Assembly: GCA_015680685.1 (NCBI GenBank)
Contig: MNCI01002465.1
Location: 909,753 to 973,752 of the forward strand
Origin: Gnetum montanum
Taxonomy: Eukaryota; Plantae; Gnetophyta
DNA length: 64,000 bases
Reading direction: 5' to 3'
The first letter of the stretch is position 1. Each line of letters starts with the position of its first letter. The position numbers and the translations under genes are program-made. This document shows positions 1 to 14,100 of the stretch, piece by piece. The notes below the pieces were generated by a model, which saw only the letters and a list, made by a program, of their open reading frames with translations, was not told the origin of the DNA and did no database searches.

Positions 1-181
1 CTACCATGTTCCTAGGAAGTATTGACTTTTGCAAACATTGCTAAATTCACATGGATAGTGTATGATCCTAGAATAGAGGAAGAAAAGCTTAAAGAACTGA
101 CAATTAGATACTAGTTCTAGAAGACATATGATAAAGGAAAAAGGCCAATGGAGGAGTCACTACCACCTAGAATTTGAAGAT

Positions 182-1102
182 TGACAAGCCAATCAAAGTT
201 TGATGTTGAGTTACCTTCGTTGGAGATATGTTATCTCTTCTATGACTAATCAATGAGTCATATTTGTGGAGGAATGGTTAAACATAAAAAAAGATAATCA
301 AGACAATAAATTATTAGACCCAAATTCAATTGAAAATCCACACTTATGACTATCACTCACTCATAAGTAAAATCAAAGTCCTCATTCTAACTTCTAATCT
401 TAAGTTTAAAGGTAGAAATAAACGATCAAATGAAATCAAAAACATATTAAATTAACATAAATGTTAGAAGATTACAAAGGAAATGTCACTTAATGTGTGA
501 CCATGCCTTGTTGTCTTTACAATGTAGTAGCTTCACAGCCTCATAAGACATTAGATGGTTATTGATTGTCACAAAGTCTTAACAATATTCCTTAATAACT
601 TTCAATATAAGAATTCAAAAAGGCATTAAATTTGATGTGGGTTTATTTAGGGTTTGGGCCAAAATCCTCTATGCATCATCAAACTTCTTGATTTATACAA
701 AAGAAGACTTGAAGAAAATTAGGAAAATATCATTATTTTGGAAATTGATTTACATCAATGAATTTGATGTTAATTGGTTATAAAGTATCAAACTATATCA
801 TGACTATTGTGATCTTTAATGCTTGATTTGAATCACCCCAGTAATATAGATCAATATCTTGATTTCTTATCATGGTGCTTTCTCTCTTAATTCAAGGTTA
901 TCAATCCTTGTTACAAATGCTACAAAGATCAATATCAATTTTCACTAATCCCATGATGACCTGTAATAAGAAAGACTTAATAAAGCAATTAGTACTTATT
1001 AATAGTTATTGTAAAAATTGATGATCTTTGATAAGGTAAAATATGTAAAAAATAAAAATTTAAGCTTAATTCACCAAAAGTAGAACAATTGGAGATTCAT
1101 CA
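182..1102 (-). repeat. 3' LTR of element D
   Basis: Starts TGACAAGCC and ends ...ATTCATCA. First ~350 bp align by eye with A's LTRs (39921, 48642). Followed by CAGCCCCC, the PPT-side motif that also follows A's LTR at 41142. Confidence 0.75.
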
Positions 1103-1519
1103 CAGCCCCCAACTAGTCTTTGGCTAGTGCTTCACCAATTGAGGTGATTAAATATATAAATTTTCCAATATATATATCAATTGGATAACATGTAGCTAAT
1201 AAAGTGGCTACAAAAATAATTGAAACTAATATTCAATATACATTGGCATCACATTCATGCTTATATACATATTAAAATAAATTAAACTATATCATATTAT
1301 AATCAAATGATGATATATGTATAAATGAAAAAAAACAAGCATTAACAACTAACCATTCATGCATCATAGTTTTAGTTTTTTAAAACAAAAATCAAATTGT
1401 TAATGTTTAACCACAATGGCTACATGGCCATACAAATGAATAAAAATAAGATGAAACTTGAGTTAAGGATCAAGCCTTTAATCCTTCCTCCACCTTAATA
1501 TCTTTCTAAAATGAGAGGG

Positions 1520-2599
1520 TTATGCCCCCTCATCATCATCCCAAATTTGAGGGTGGCCATGTTTTTCAATGTCTACCACCCTCTTGTCCATGGTAATAAG
1601 GGTTGAGTTGATCCTTTCCAGCACTATCACAATCTTCCATTTGGTAGAGTCAACATCCTTAAGTTGGTTACGAACCTCCTCTCTGAACTCTTGAACTTCA
1701 TTGGACTCAAGTGTCAATGAGAAGCCCAGATCATTTGATTCCTTTAGAAATGGATCAAGATTTATATAAATCTTCACAGAATAGTTGGAGATGTTCTTTT
1801 TGAGGATTGTAAGGTGCACCTTCATTTCTATCTGAAGCTCTGGGATCCCACGCTTCTATAAAACTGCTAAGATGAGGAATGAAATGCAAAGCTTCAAGGA
1901 ACCATCATTATAATGATAAAAAAGATATTTTATTGGAAGGTAAGAAAAATTTTCTTCCTTCCTAAACATCAAGGCTTTCATCACATGGAGTAAAGGGTTG
2001 ATCACATAGGTTGTATGCATGGATGGCAAGATATTTGTAATGATCATTTGTGCCATCACATGATGTTCTAGCTAAAGGTTTATGAAGTATAAACCTTGTG
2101 CCTATAGCTACCCATAGTATGACTCACTAATGAATTGGTGGAAGAGATCGTAATTCTCTTTCATGCTTACCTTAGGATGAAAAATGTCATTCCCCTTGGT
2201 CAATAATTCGAACAACTCCTAAAGCTTGGTCATTATCACTTTTATGTGCATCTTCTTGATGGAAGATACTAAATAATGATCTAGGGGACCTACCTTAGTG
2301 AGGTGTGGCTTGAGGTTCTTGTATCATTGTAGGACCTCTTCTTGTATAAACTAGTCGATGGGGGGTTGAATAAAGACCCCAAATCCCATCATCTTCAAAT
2401 GTTGCTGCACCGTAGCATCCATGTGGTCAAACCAGTTGGAGTAGTTAGGTTCATGATGCCATGGAGTAATTTTTACATGTTCACTCTTGGGTGCTGGTTC
2501 TATAACCAAGAGATTAAACATATTAAAATTATCTACTATCTCTTTTGTAAATCCCATGCTTACCTTGGCTTATTGATTTGAACTAGAGAATTCAACCAT
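1520..2599 (-). pseudogene. Degenerate extra (env-like / putative plant transposon protein-like) ORF of element D
   Basis: ORF fragments 2351-2557, 1856-2059 and 1520-1825 lie on the pol strand between INT and the 3' LTR. IITNILPSMHTTYV...FLILAVL resembles the Athila env-like domain. In-frame ATG at 2599 with one intervening stop. Confidence 0.6.
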
Positions 2600-5149
2600 T
2601 TTATACTATGATAAGAGCTATGCACAAGAGAGAAAATTTCATCCTTAATCCAAAAATAATTAATTACAATAGGTAAGTTAGCCTTACCTTGTAGAAGAAA
2701 CAATGGGGATTGAATGGTGGGGATTGCAGATGGTCATGGAGACCTTACTCTTTGGCCATGGCTTCTCCTGAGGAAGCATTGATCGATTTAATTGAAAAAG
2801 AAAGAAAATTAGAGGCCCTAATGCTGAAAGAAATTAGAGATCCTAATCCTATAGTGGAGGTTTTAGATAATGGTTATCCACACCTAGGAGGTGGTGGCTT
2901 TAGAATTAGGCCACAACTTTGCTATTACATTTTATTTTTTTTCAAATTTTAACAATATCAATTTCCATCATGGTATTGATTTGGATCAATACAACTAGGG
3001 TTTAACTTCATCATTAAATCAATATAGATCAATATAGAGTGTTTAGGTTATTGATATATTAATTTTCATTATAGTCACATTGATAACATGTGAGACACTT
3101 AGGAAGATTTCAATTTTATCAATCCTCATTGATATGGTCGACATGAATTGATATGTCTAAACAACATATTGAACTTTATTGAGGCTATGCCATTTATATG
3201 TGAGATATTTAGTCAAATTTGTACTTTATCAATCCATATCGATTAAATCAATATCACCATTATTTCACATTTTGATTCAAATTGATAAAATCAATAATTA
3301 TATTGGTATCATGAATTTTGTTTTATGTCATATCAATTCATATCGCTAGAATTGATATACCTTGAGTTTACTTTTAACAAGATGTAGAACCCACAATGTC
3401 TCTTGATATAGTTGATTCCAGAAGGTTTTGGTTTCTACCACTAATATCCATGAACATCAACGTTGCAATATACTTCAATAAAATAATTTATGATAAGTGC
3501 TTGACATTGTGTAATGTGATACAAATTGATAATAGAGTGATAAATTTATTTACTTAATAATATATAAAATTTTATTCATTTTTTCACTCATCATGATTGA
3601 TTCTTATTATTTGGCTAAAAATCCACATAACTTTATTAGGAAGGTCTTTCCTAGGATTAATTAGGCTAAACATCACCTCAAAAGTTTTGATTCATTTGGT
3701 TCAAAAATGTCTTACAAACTCAAGGTCTTTACCTTTCCTAAGTTTTAAGGATCTGAGATGCATTTCTTACATCAAACACATTCCGTAACTTGCTCATGGA
3801 TCAGCTTCCATGTTGGTTATACCCTACCATCCTATCCATTTGAAGTTGTTTATTCCCCCATCCTAATTAAACTAGGATATGTTCCATGCCTAGGTTAATT
3901 AGTGAAATATTTATTTAATAATGGAAATTGGGTTGTTTAAGAGGATATACCAAAAAGCAAAAATTCGATGGATTTTATATATTCTTCACTATGTATGGAA
4001 TGATGATAGACATGGGTCTTATAAACATCAGTATCCATAATGTGTTGCCATAGTAGGGATCTCAACCACTAACACCTATGAAGGGCATAATGAAAAACAC
4101 ATGTAAGACCCTAGAGCTAGAAGTACTAGTGGACATAATAGAAGGTAGCATAATAAAAAGTAGGAGGGATATAGCTCAAAAGATAAAAGCAAAAGTAGGA
4201 ATAAATAACACTCTTTAATATATGAAGTAACATGAAACAAAGCATAAAATAAGTCAAGTAAGGTAAATGGTCAAAAAAGAAAGGAAGTAGTAAAATACAT
4301 CTTAAGATAAGTCAATCTGCCTTATCCAGTGTTATACTAGAGCTGAAAGGTGATAGTATAGAGAATAACTATAAGAATATGCTACTCCATCCATAAACAC
4401 TTTGCTTATGAAAGGAGGTTCTTGAGAAATGCTAAAAATTGTGAGCTTAAGCATTGCACCAATTGGAAGGTTCTTATGGAGTGTATCCCTACTCATGATT
4501 GAAGGTTCTTATGGGATACTTTACTCATGTTAATTTCTTTTTTCTTTTTAACTATGCTTTGCTTTCTCTTTCTTTTTTTGGAAGCAAATAATAAGGCCTT
4601 CTTCAATCATAAGGTTCTTATGGGGTAAAAAGATATTTTTGAGTTTATTTGATGGATTTCTCACTTGAATGTTGATTAAGTTTCTCTTGTTGGTATCACC
4701 TTTATTGCTAGTCCCAATATGACATAGCCGTTTCTCCTTATTGACTTATCCAAGAAAGTAATTACTAGAACCATTCATGAATGCTCAAGATCAAACATGG
4801 TTATTGTTCCTATGATTCATGAAACTTAGAAAAATTAAAGAATATTATAAAGAAGAAAAACAAAAAGATTTAGTTTACATAGTTTATTGGCTTATTAATC
4901 TAAGGTTCACCCTTAGATGGATTTTGGATTTAAACCAACCTATCTCAAGGTATGGGGAGTTGTCCTTCTTCCTTGCATTTCAAACATGATGCTAATGAAT
5001 TCTTTAAAGTCAACTAATAATAGAATTTCCTATTATCCTCTACATTCTTCAAGGAAAAAGTTGTGGACTAAAATACATCATTTATTATATTACAATATCA
5101 TATAAGGCTTTTGTTGAAGATTACTACCCACGGCCTAAACTTCTAATTA

Positions 5150-7879
5150 AGTCTTTTTGTTTCCTCCATAGTGCTTGGGATAAGTTGGTTTACCTAACTC
5201 TACTAATGCATCTTCTCTCGATTCCTCAATTTGATGTTGATGGTATAACTTAAGTCTTTGGACATTGATAAAAACGGTAGTTGATAAATCATTAATAGAT
5301 GAAATTCAAATACTTCCATTATTGTGGCATTGTACCACTTGTCTTTCCATTAAGTTGTTAACTTCCCTAGAAATTTATGTAGTCACATGTTATACAAAAG
5401 GACTTTATAACATATTGAAAAATGCTTCTTAAATATATTCTTTTCATGTAGACTCTTCATTTGTTTTTTTATAAATTTTTTCTTATCAATTGCATGTAGC
5501 CTCAATTCATCAAATTCATGTATTTGAATCATTCTAAAGTTATGATTTGTTTCCTCATCAAAATTTAATTGTTATGGTAATCATAAATATTAGTATTTGA
5601 TTTCTATGGGTAAAACATTGTTTTCCATAAACCAATTGATAAGGTGAATAGCCTAAACTTGGTTTATATGTAAACCTATAGGTCCAAAGTGCATCTTATA
5701 ATTTTTTGGACAAATCTTTGTTCTTTGTGCATATGGTTTTTGTTAATATCTTTAGAATGATTCTATTTGCATTTTCTACTTGACCATTTTTTTGAAGATG
5801 ATAAGTAATAGTTATATTATGTTGAATTCCTAAAGAATTAAGGAATTTTTTTATTGTTCTATTTACAAAATGGGTTCCTTGATCACTTATGATTGTTTGT
5901 GGAGTTTCAAATCCTGTTAGAATATTTTTCCTAAGAAACGTTACCACTATAACATCATTTGTTGGGGTGGATTTAGCTTCTATTCACTTAGTAACATAGT
6001 CTATGCAAACTAGTATGTATTAAGATTGCTTAGATGGTAGAAATGATACTAAAAATTATATATCCCACACATCAAATGGTTCAGTTATTAAGATTGGGTT
6101 TGGTGGCTTTTTTTGTCTTTTTGTTATTGCCCCTATTCTTTGGCATTTATCACATTCCTTAACATATTTATGTGCATCTTTAAATATTCAAGGCCAATAA
6201 AATCAACTTTGCAAAATTTTTATAGCAGTTTGTCAACTATTAAAATGTCCACCTCCAAGGTAATTTTGAAACATATGTAAAATTTATTTTTATTCATCCT
6301 TAGGCACAATTGTATTACTAAATTATCTTTAAATATTATACAAAGGTATGGTTTATTCCAAATGTATTTGGAGATGTTTCTTAAGAGAGATTTCTTCTCC
6401 TCTTTACTCCATTGGGTCAGGGTTTTCATAATGACAAGGTAATTTGCTATATCAACAAACCAAGGGTATTTCTTTATGGAAAAGAGTTTTTCATTGTACA
6501 ATTCATCATTAAATACTCCTTTATTCCTATTTTCATCCTTTTTTTCCTATCTAAAAAGATTATCTACCATAACATTTTCTATACTCCTTATCTAAAATGT
6601 CAAGATTAAATTCTTGAAGTAGTAGGCACCATCTCATGATCTTAGTATTTTCTATTTTTTAGTAGCTAAAAATTTAATGGTTGAATGATTAGTCTAAACT
6701 TTGGTTTTATATCCTATTAAATAATTTCTAAATTTATCCAAAGCATACATAATGGCCAAGAGTTCTTTTCTGTAGTTGTGTAATTTACTTAGGCTTGGTC
6801 TAGAATTTTAGAGATATAATAAATGACCCATGGTTTGTTATCTATATATTGTTCCAAGATTTCCCCTACAATGTCACTAGCATCAAAAATCAAATTAAAT
6901 AGAAAATTCCAATTAGATGCATTAAGCATAGGGAAAGTGGTTACTATTTTTCCTAGTTTAGAGAATGACTCTTGATAATCATCAGTCCATGTAAAAGGAA
7001 CATCCTTTTCTAGGAGTATGTAAAGTAGTTTCTCTATTTTTGAGAAATCCTTAATAAATCACCTATAATATATAGCATGTCCTATAAAGATAAAAGATTC
7101 TTTAGGTTAGTTGGAGCTGGGAATATAGATGTTACTTTTACTCTCTCCTCATCCATTCTTATCCCATCCTTAGAAATGACATATCCTAATACTATACTGC
7201 TTGTGACCATTAAATGACTACTTTCCCAACTCAATTTTAAATTTTTATCAATGCATCTATCTAAAACACATTTTAAGTGTTGTAATGTTTATTCATAAGT
7301 ATCCTTGTAGATTGAAAAAGCATCCATGAATATTTCTAGATAGTCCTCTAACATATCAGAAAATACTAATATCATGGTCCTTTGGTAGGTAGTAGATGCA
7401 TTGCAAAGGTTGAAAGGCATCCAATGGTAAGCAAAAGTTCCATATGAATATGTAAGGATTGTTTTATGTTTATCTTTAGGTTCAATGGCTACTGGATTGT
7501 CACCACTAAACCCATCCAAAAAAAAATAGTACGTACAACCTTCTAATTTTTCCAAAATTTGATCTATGAAAGTTAAGAAACAATGATATTTCTTTGTGTT
7601 TTGATTAAGCTTCCTATAGTCTATACAAACTCATCATTTTTCATCCTTATTAGGAATTATAGTAATAGGGCTTACTGACTAACTATTGACTATTGTAGAG
7701 ATAATTCCTTCCTTCCAAAGCTTTAAAAATGCATCTTTAACAATTTTATATAGGCTAGTTTAATTCTTTTATGAGGAATTCTTATCAGTTTTACAGTATC
7801 TTTTAGATAGATGTGATGTTGGCATATGTTGGGTAAGATTCCTTGATGGAGGTCTTCATAACTTCATGCAAATGCCTTA
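5150..7879 (-). pseudogene. Degenerate pol of element D (RT, RNase H, integrase); continues at 11145-11800 beyond the E insertion
   Basis: ORF fragments 7289-7555 (RT), 6220-6501 (PWFVDIANYL, INT N-terminal region) and 5696-5947 (INT core), with many stops and frameshifts. Confidence 0.9.
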
Positions 7880-10800
7880 TGTGGATCATTGAACTTAGAG
7901 TGGGAAGGGGGCAGGTGAAGGGATGAATAAGTTTTTCAAATTAAAAATTTAAGAAGAAAAGAGAACACATGGAATTAACGTGGTTCCCCAACTTGGATAG
8001 TCCACACTTAGAGGATAGATCATAAGCACACCTTTAGAATTTGTTGCTCTCAAATGTGGTTTGAAGGGTCCACACCTTGTACAATTTTCAAGTTGTACTC
8101 TAAAGTGTTGTGTCATAACACTAACCACTCAATCCTACAAGGTCCCATTAGGCTTGGAATATGGTTTCTAGGCTTCCACAACCTTTACAATCTTGAGCTT
8201 TTCTCTAGAGTATTATGCCACAACACCAATCACTCAATCCTATAGGATCTTGAAAAGCTCAAGCAAGATGCCTTCTCGCAAGAAGTAGATATACCCTATA
8301 GGGTAATAAGGAAGAACAATTGCAAGGGATAAATGAAACTTAGCTTGCTAATCCTTGCACTTTGAGGTACAAAAAAATTTACAATGAACAAATGATGATA
8401 GAATGAAAAGCAACAAAGATCACAATGATTAACAAAATATCTGTACAATGATTACACATAAACTTTCGTATTTCCAAATGCATATGATGTTTTGTTATAG
8501 TTTTCATGGTTTCAAATTCATCTTGAAACTTGTGCAATGGCTAGCCAATGGTTAGTAATGGTCATGGAAGATATTTTCTTCATTCCTAAGATGTCTTTCT
8601 ATATTTGCCATCTATTCTGGCAAGATGTCTTTGTCTTGGAAAGACATCTTTCTAAAATCTTCATTCTAGTAAGACATCTTTATCTAATGGAAGATGTCTT
8701 TTTGAAATTAGCGTACATTCTATAAAGACATCTTTGCCTAATGGAAAATTCTTTTTCTTGAGGAAAAACTTCTATTTTTTCTTGAAAATGTCTTTCCTTG
8801 TGCATCCTCCAATTTTGCCAAGACATCTACTACTTCACAGAGATGTCTTTGTTCAACCTTCCTTTGCATGATGAATTCATTTTTCCTTGTCCACAACCTT
8901 GATCTTTCACATTCTTTAATGATGATAATGTTCTTTGAATTCTTTCACATGCTTTAATGATGACAACATTCTTTGAATTCTTTTCTTTTAAGTTTTTCTT
9001 TTATGGATGAACCCTTGAGACCTTGTAAATGACTTTCTTCTTTTTTTTTTTTTACACCAGTGTGTTCCTTAGCATCTCATCTTGGTCCTACAACGACAAC
9101 AACCACACATACATCCATTGTCTCCATTTTACTTAACACTTTAATGCACCAAAAATTCCACAATCTCCTCCTTTTTTTGCAATGTTCAAAATTTAAGAAA
9201 ATGGTTGTGTATTCATACAAATATAACCATACTACTCTCCCCCTTTTTGAATAGTAGTAAAATGGATAAGTCACATAAATTAGTGAAAGAGTCATCATAA
9301 AAGTGTAGTATCATAAAATAAGCATAATTAATAATCATGACATAATCGAAAGGAAAAAGAATTTAGCAAGCAAGAATATTAATTAAAGAGCACACATTTT
9401 TCAACACTAAGTCCCATGAGGAGTTGCTCCCAATTTGGCAAGAACTGATGCAAGACTTTCCAAGTGATATTCAAATTTAAAGCTTGAAGTGAGGTATAAG
9501 TCTTGAAGATCAAGTAACCTATCTCTAAATTAATGAATCATTAGTAGTTTATAGTTCATGATTCTTTTAATGCTCAAATATTCTCTATCCTTTTAAAAAC
9601 ATTAGCAAAATAGTAGGGCATATCTTATATGATAAGGAGAATATAGTAATACATATTCACAATGTGAAACTAGTCATACCATATTTTAAGTACTACTCAA
9701 AGGATGTCTCAATCAAAATTGTGGATACTTTTCCATAATCAGAATGATTATGTGCTTGCTCATATTTTAGTAAGGAATAATATTGCTCTATGCATTCTTT
9801 CATATAGGTACTTCTTACTTTAGCTTATGCTTGAATATCGAATAGGTAGGCTAATGATACATTAAGACTTGCTCTTATCAGTTGAAAACAAGGATCTATA
9901 AGTTCCTCAAATTAAAAATTTATGAACCAAAGTGCATAACTAAAATTAACATGGTTCCCAAACTTAGGTATTCCACACATAGAGGGTAGATCGCAAGTAC
10001 ACATCCAAACTTTATTACTCTCAAATGTGGTTTGAAGGGTCCACACCTTGCATAATCTTCAAGCCTCACTCTAGACTATTATGCTACAACACCAACCACT
10101 GAATCCCACAAGGTCCTGTTAAGCTTGGAATGTGGTTTCTTGGCTTCCATAACATTTACAATCTTGAGCTTTACTCCAAAGTGTTATGCTACAATACCAA
10201 TCACTCAATCTCGCAAGATCTTGACAAGCTCAAGCAAGATGTCTTCCAACAAGAAGCACATCAATCTCATAGGACAATAAGGGATAATAATTACAAGGGA
10301 TAAATGCAATTTAGTTTGTTGACCCTTGAACTTTGAGTTACTACACACTTTACAATGAACAAATGATGATACAATAAAGAGCAATAGAGATCATAGTGAT
10401 TGAAAAAATGATTATACAATGATTACACATTACTTTTACATTTTCCAATGCATATGATATCTTCTAATAGCTATCATGTTTTCAAATCCATCTTGGAACT
10501 CATGCAATGGCTAGCCAATGGTCACTAACAATCATGAAAGATTTCTTCTTCATTATGGAGACATCTTTCTGTACTTATCCTCTATTTTGTGAAGACATCT
10601 TTGTCTGGAAAAGATGTTTTGACATCTCCATTTTGAGAAGATGTCTTTATCTAATGGAAGTTATCTTTTTGAAAATAGCCTACATTCTGTATAGACATCT
10701 TTATGTAATGGAATATGTCTCTGCCTAAGGAAAGACATCTATTGTTTCTTAAAGACATCTACTATTTCTTGAAGAAATCGTTGCCTATGCATCCTCCAAT

Positions 10801-11144
10801 TTTTCCAAGACATCTATAGTTTCTCAAAAACATCTTTGTTCAACATTCTTTTGCATGATGAATTTATCATTCGTTGTTCACAACCTTAATGTTTTGTGTG
10901 CTTCAATGATGACAACATTCTTTGAATTCTTTCACATGATTCCATAATGACAATGTTCTTTGAATTCTTTTCCTGTAAGCTTACCATTTGTGGATTAACC
11001 CTTGACACCTTTTGGATGACTTTCTTCTTTTGTTTACACTAGTGCATTTCTTGTCATCTCATCTTGGTCCTCTAATCACAACAACCACGCATACGTCCTT
11101 TGTCTCCATTTTACTTAACATTTTGACACATCAAAAGGTCTACA
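7880..11144 (-). mobile_element. Element E: internally deleted LTR element with Sirevirus-like (Ty1/copia) cis-motifs, inserted into D pol
   Basis: TG...CA termini and a perfect TSD CCTTA (7875-7879, 11145-11149). Two ~1.25 kb direct repeats (7880-9162, ~9895-11144). Minus-strand PPT AAAAAAAGGAGGAGAT abuts the left LTR, with further PPT-like copies at ~9234 and ~9426. The lineage call is less certain than the element itself. Confidence 0.85.
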
Positions 11145-14100
11145 CCTTAGAATTTCTTTGTAAAAATTCTAATAATTTTACTTGTTGCTCATTAAAAAGT
11201 TGGGAATTTATTGTTAAAGGTTCATTTTGATTAAGGAAAATGTACTTAAAACTATTAGGTAGTTCTCTAAGATCCAAAGAATTATTATTTAGTGGTTGAA
11301 TTATTTTTCTAATATTTCTTGATCCCAAATTCAAAATTTAATCAAGAAGATCTTGTTGTTCTTTTATCAAGGGATGTAAATATCCTTCCTCAAGATTATT
11401 TAATACCAATGTTTCCTTATCTTGTGCCATTGTTGATGTGGGTATTATATAGGACATTCTTTCTTCTTTTATATCTTGATTTAATTATTTCTCTTTTGCT
11501 CTATCATAGATATTAAGCATGAAAGTAAATATGGCAAAAGATAATTGGAGTTTTCCTAATCTTTAATTTATTAAAGTATCAACTATTTCAAACCAAGGTC
11601 TACCTAGTATGAGGGAAAAAATTTGGATCTTTTACTTCCAACACAACAAAATCAACTGGGTATTTTCTCCTTCAACCTTCACTTTTCCTAGGAATTTTAC
11701 ATTGGAGCCATGAACCAAAGATATTATCATATTTACCTTTCTTATGTCCTCTAAATCAAGTGACCTACCTATTTCAACTAGCATAATATTAATGCTAGCT
11801 TTTACCTGTGCACCCACAATACTTCAGCTCATGTAGTGGATGTAGTAAAGGTGTTTTGGATCATCTAATTACATGAGCATGGCTTCCAAGGAATAATTTG
11901 ATGCATCCATTGTGATGTGGAATGGTCTAGATCAGCTAGTTGATTGTATAATTGGAGTTTTCATGAGCTTTTGCTTGAGGTACTGGAATGCATTCTCACC
12001 TTCCTTAGTTTAGATAAATGGAGCATCCTTCTTTGTTGGCTCCACCAACGATTTAGTGATATTGTAGAAATTATTTATGAGTCATTGGTAGCAGCCATTG
12101 TGTCCAATGAATGACCTCATGTCTTTGACTATTTCTAGTTATTTGGTAATTCCTTAGATGACCCTGATTTTTTTAGGATCCACCTTGATCCCTTTCTCAA
12201 ATATTCTATGCCCTAAAATAATGCATTCTTGGACCATTAGATAGCTTGATTGCTAGTTGAGTTAAAGGTATGTCTCCACACACTTTTTTAGCACTTACTT
12301 AAGATGATCCAGTGCTTACTCAAATGTAGATCCAAAGGTGGAGAAGTCATCCATGAAGACTTCCATCTCGTTAACAAATTTTTGTTGAAAGATTCTTAGG
12401 ACAAGGTGTTGGAAAGTTATAAGAACATTACACAGACAAAATGACATCTTTCTATATGCAAAATTTTCCTAGGGACTTGTGAATGTTATTTTGACCTAAT
12501 CCTCTAGTGTAATATGAATTTGGTTATAGCCACTATAACCATCTAAAAAGCTATAAAAAAATGCCCACATATGGTGTCCAACATCTGGTCCACAAATGAT
12601 AATGAGAAATGATCTTTGTAAGTCACCATGATCAATAGCTTAAAGTTAATACAGATCCTCCATTTACTACCTTTCTTTAGCATTATCACAAGTGGACTAA
12701 CCTACTCACTATTTTTAATGAGATAGATGAACCCTTCCTTGAGGAGTTGTTCAATATCCTCTTTGACAATCTGATTTAATTTGGGATTCAACTGTCACTG
12801 TAGCTACTTATTTGCCTTTATGGAAAGATTTGTGTAGATGTGGTGCTAGCATATCCTAGGATCAATTCTAGTAAGTTTAGGATATGACTGAGCAAAGGTT
12901 GTTGGCCATTTCTTGACCATCTCCAATAACTTCTTTTTCTGCATAGGAGCAAGGTTGGCATTGATAATAACTGGCCTCCCATTATTTAAAAAGGCATATT
13001 TCATTCTAGCTGTTAAAGGTTTTACTTCAAGGGGCTATTATTTAAAACTTTTAGGAATCTCCAACTCTTTTCAATTGGTTTCATTAGGCTCATCATCAAG
13101 GATTTCATAATGAACTTACACAAATTTAGCCATGCCTTCAACATAGGCACTTCTCAGGCTCTTAATTGGTTCCATGCATATTGTTGAGCTACTATCAGGA
13201 CAACTATCAACCACTAGGTGCCCTCCTATTTTTTGGCTGCTGCATATAGGCACCTTTGAATTTTAGACACATCTACACATTGCTTTCATGTTATAATAGA
13301 TGTACTTTTCACATACCATATTTTATACACACAACTACACCATGTGTTACCATATGCGATGCATGGAACTCACTTCTTCTCTATCTTCCCAAATTTATTT
13401 TTCATAAAAATCTTCAATGAGAGGTCTCTAATTCTCAACCATGCATCAATGGTGCTCAACCAAGCCCTTACCATAATGATTGGAAAGTCCCTTTTGTAAT
13501 TATCAACATGGATCACTAGGAAGTTAGGAGGATAGGACCACCCAGAGGTAGTGGTCACAATATCCTTCACCAATTCTAAGGGAACTGTGATGGATTGATC
13601 TACCAACTGAAGACAAATTTTTCTCTTCTTGAGTGGTGGTAGGCTTTGTGCATTGCATGGGAAAGTAAATTTACACTCGAGTCTAAGTCCAAAAAAGCCT
13701 TCGAAGGCTCATTTCTAGCAATTTACAAATATATAAGGGGACTTCCAAGATCAAATATTTTCTTGGAAAGGTGGCTAGCCTTAATTCAAACTATGATAAC
13801 AAGGATCAATATTACAGTATGTACTCTGGAAGGCATTTGGTTTAAAGGGTTCTCGAATGGATTAGCAGAAGATGAGAGAGAAGCAAGATCATTAGCTATA
13901 AGTGTATGTAAGGGCTTTGTAGGACTATTGGTTTAGAAGAAGATATTTTCAAGGCTTATTTTCTAAACCACTCAACTTAAGAGCCAACTATAAGTTAACA
14001 TCCTTGTTGAAATTACGTTGTTGTAGCTAGGCTAGAATTTCACCCTACATTAATGGAGTAGGTGGTAATTGAGTTGAGGGTGGAGGGACATGTTTAGAAG

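Larger units (their letters stand above)
182..11800 (-). mobile_element. Element D: degenerate Athila-like Ty3/gypsy LTR retrotransposon, 5'-truncated (3' LTR, env-like ORF, INT-RH-RT-part of PR), interrupted by element E
   Basis: Minus-strand remnants of integrase (IISDQGTHFVN, YHLQKNGQVENAN), RT (FLDGFSGDN, MPFNLCNA) and protease (ASINIM...), collinear with and similar to element A. LTR-like 182-1102 resembles A's LTRs. Confidence 0.9.

Noticed and set aside
8537-10728. Duplicated small ORFs (MASQW..., 8537-8725 and 10507-10728)
   Set aside because: Chance frames in the two LTR copies of element E.
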